Source: an uncultured delta proteobacterium (GTDB lineage Bacteria; Myxococcota; Myxococcia; SLRQ01). From it: a stretch of DNA of 64,000 bases. The DNA is taken from assembly GCA_963727485.1 (NCBI GenBank), contig CAVSGM010000002.1, positions 1,184,001 through 1,248,000 on the forward strand, in the 5' to 3' direction. The translations under genes and the position numbers were made by a program. The notes under the pieces are model-generated. The model did no database searches and was not told the DNA's origin. It saw only the letters and a list, made by a program, of their open reading frames with translations. Shown here piece by piece: positions 61,728 to 64,000 of this stretch. How positions within the stretch are numbered: position 1 is the stretch's first letter; each line of letters starts with the position of its first letter.

Positions 61728-64000
61728 CGCCGCCGCTTGAGCACCGCCGCGCCGAGGGCGAGGAGCGCCAGGCCCGCGAGCCCGCCATTCCCGGTCCCCG
61801 TCGCCGCGCACCCGCAGCCCCCGGCGGGCGTGGTGTTCCCGCCGCCCGCCTGCGCCGCCTTCACGGTGAAGCTGTGGGTCTTCGCCGGCGCCGTCGCCGG
61901 ATTGTGCGAGGTGTTCTGGGCATCCGACCCGTCCACCGCCTCCAGGTAGTACTCCACCGCCGGCGCCTGGATCACCGAGCCCGGCAGGGTCGCGGTGTAG
62001 GTCTTCCCGTCGGTCCCGGCGGTCAGCGCCGTGGAGAGGAACGCCCCGGTGCCCTGCTCCCGGAAGTACACCCGCACCTCGGCGACCCCCGAGGGGTCGG
62101 TGACCGTGGCGGTGATCTTCAGGTCCTTGCCCGCGGGCTGGCCGTCGGCGATGGGCGTGTGGTCGATGGTGGGCCCGGTGCCGTCGGGGGCCTGGACCTG
62201 GAGCACGAAGGGCGAGGCATCGGCCGCCTGCGGGAGGTCCGAGACGTTCGCCGCCGGCGATCCGTCCACCGCCTCCAGGTAGTAGGCGATCTGCGGGGCC
62301 ACCACCGCCGAGGCGGGGATCGTCGCCGCGTACCCGTCGCCGCCGGTGGACGCCATGGCCAGGGGCGTGAACGCCCCGCTGGCGCCCGACTGGACGTAGA
62401 GGGTCACGCTCGCCACCCCCGAGCCGTCGGTCACCGTGGCGGTGACGTCGATGGCCTGCCCGGCGGGCACCGGCCCGGCCACCGGCTGGTGGGTGATCTG
62501 GGGGCCGGCGGTGTCCCCGGTGCCCACGGTGAACTGGTAGGGCGAAGACGCCCCGCCCGCGGGATCGGTGGCCTGGTTCGCCGCCGCCGAGGCGTCCTCG
62601 GCGAGCAGGTAGTAGTCGACGCCGGCGACGGTCACCGCCGAGGCGGGGATCACGCCGGTCCAGGTGTCGCCGGCGCCCTGGGTCATCGCCGTGGAGACGA
62701 AGCCCCCGGCGCCGGTGGCCCGGTAGAAGAGCGTCACCGAGGCGACGCCGCTGGCGTCGGTCACCACCGCGCTCACCGTCACCGGCTGACCGGCGGGCTG
62801 GCCGTCGGCGACCTTGGTGTGGGTCACCGAAGGCGGCGTGGTGTCGGCGACGACCCCGCAGCCGTCGTTCACCGCGCCGGGCGTCCCGTGGTCGCCGTCG
62901 GCGAGCGGCGTGGTGGCCAGGCACCAGTTGGCGCCGTCGTCGTTGGCGGTGGCGTCGAGGGAGCCGGGGTCGAGCGACATCGACGAGCCCTCGACGTCGG
63001 GGAAGGTGGCGCCGTTGTCCCAGGCCACCTCGTCGATCACCGTGGTCCCGCTCTTGATGATGATCTCATCCGAGGCGTTGGACAGCTGCATCCCGTTGTA
63101 GACGTAGTCGACGTTCACCCCGCCGTTGAGGGTGGTGTCGGCGCTGCGCCCGAAGACCAGGTACCCCCCGGCGGCGATCATCAGGGGCGACCCGTTGTTC
63201 ACCGTGAAGGTGTCGCTCCCGGTGTCCGAGAAGGTCAGCCCGTTCACGTCGATGGGCGCCTGGGTGGTGTTGTGGATCTCGAACCACTCCCGGTCGCTCT
63301 CGGTCCCGGTGGGGTTGTTGAGGATCTCGTCGACGATGAGGTCGCCGGCGAGGATCGTCGAGGGCTGACCCACGGTGAAGCTCGAGAAGCTCGAGGGCGC
63401 CCCGGCGGGCGCGGTGCCGGTGTTCGAAGGCGAGGCGGTGTCGGTGGCCTCGACGTAGTAGTCGACCCCGGGCACGGCGACGGCGGCGGCGGGGACGTCG
63501 GCGGTGTAGTCCGAGCCCGAAGCGGCGCTCATGGCCACCGACGCGAACGAGCCGCCACCACCGGAGGTCCGGTAGTAGAGGGTCACCGCGCCCACCCCGG
63601 TGGCGTCGGTCACCTGGGCGGTCACGGTCACCGGCTGCGCCGCGGTCTGCCCATCGGCCACCGGCGTCACGGTGATCGTCGGCGCCGCGGTGTCGGCGGC
63701 GGTGACGGTGAAGGCGCGGACCGCCGCCGGCGCCGTCGCCGGATCGGTGCCGGTGTTCGGCGTCGCCGCGGTGTCGGTGGCGTCGAGGTAGTAGTCCATC
63801 CCCGGCGACTTCACCGCGCTCCCGGGGATGGTGGCGGTGTAGGTCCCCGAGGCGCCGGTCATGGGCACCGCGGTGAAGGTCGTGCCCCCGGTGACCCGGT
63901 AGTAGAGGTTCACCGAGGCGACGCCGGTGGCGTCGGTGACCCCGGCGCTCACCGTCACCGGCTGGCCGGCGGGCTGGCCGTCGGCGACCGGCGTGAGGGT
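61676..64000 (-). CDS. Large surface protein with Ig-like repeats, a lamin-tail domain and a MYXO-CTERM sorting signal (5' end outside the window)
   Basis: Repeats TV.A.VTD..GV..V.LYYR...Y.A.IP...V....DYYL.A.D; LTD motif DEILNNP...EWFEIHN...GTPG; tail GGCGC...GLALLALGAAVLKRRR. Confidence 0.9.
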   Translation of the reverse strand, partial: TLTPVADGQPAGQPVTVSAGVTDATGVASVNLYYRVTGGTTFTAVPMTGASGTYTATIPGSAVKSPGMDYYLDATDTAATPNTGTDPATAPAAVRAFTVTAADTAAPTITVTPVADGQTAAQPVTVTAQVTDATGVGAVTLYYRTSGGGGSFASVAMSAASGSDYTADVPAAAVAVPGVDYYVEATDTASPSNTGTAPAGAPSSFSSFTVGQPSTILAGDLIVDEILNNPTGTESDREWFEIHNTTQAPIDVNGLTFSDTGSDTFTVNNGSPLMIAAGGYLVFGRSADTTLNGGVNVDYVYNGMQLSNASDEIIIKSGTTVIDEVAWDNGATFPDVEGSSMSLDPGSLDATANDDGANWCLATTPLADGDHGTPGAVNDGCGVVADTTPPSVTHTKVADGQPAGQPVTVSAVVTDASGVASVTLFYRATGAGGFVSTAMTQGAGDTWTGVIPASAVTVAGVDYYLLAEDASAAANQATDPAGGASSPYQFTVGTGDTAGPQITHQPVAGPVPAGQAIDVTATVTDGSGVASVTLYVQSGASGAFTPLAMASTGGDGYAATIPASAVVAPQIAYYLEAVDGSPAANVSDLPQAADASPFVLQVQAPDGTGPTIDHTPIADGQPAGKDLKITATVTDPSGVAEVRVYFREQGTGAFLSTALTAGTDGKTYTATLPGSVIQAPAVEYYLEAVDGSDAQNTSHNPATAPAKTHSFTVKAAQAGGGNTTPAGGCGCAATGTGNGGLAGLALLALGAAVLKRRRYAGSGTRSASSPRTTG

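Overview
This is a very GC-rich bacterial chromosome segment. A MYXO-CTERM tail, PEGA/TPR proteins and D-G-G repeat lipoproteins point to Myxococcota (deltaproteobacteria). It holds about 55 housekeeping and accessory genes: metH, a B12 radical SAM enzyme, cyclophilin, prpE, acyl-CoA dehydrogenase, a MenE-like ligase, asparaginase, xdhAB, selD, REC-EAL, ABC-F, pirin and many secreted or lipoproteins. I saw no CRISPR array, rRNA, tRNA or intact mobile element. The most interesting signals are missed by the ORF track: (1) a SAM-II-type riboswitch with an inserted GNRA hairpin in front of metH; (2) an in-frame UGA (selenocysteine) with a SECIS-like hairpin in selD; (3) a Fur-box-preceded two-gene module of an outer-membrane beta-barrel plus a mono-heme cytochrome c lipoprotein, the best candidate for an undescribed system; (4) a SigW-like ECF promoter with a 24-codon leader ORF coupled to tandem DUF2807 genes; (5) several genes collapsed by large internal deletions (AAA-DUF4143 mini-gene, rtcA with an rtcB scar, a GT-C transferase, a cyclase). 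Many single-base frameshifts and one noisy ~500-bp tandem duplication look like long-read consensus errors. All family assignments come from motifs recognised by eye, not from database searches.
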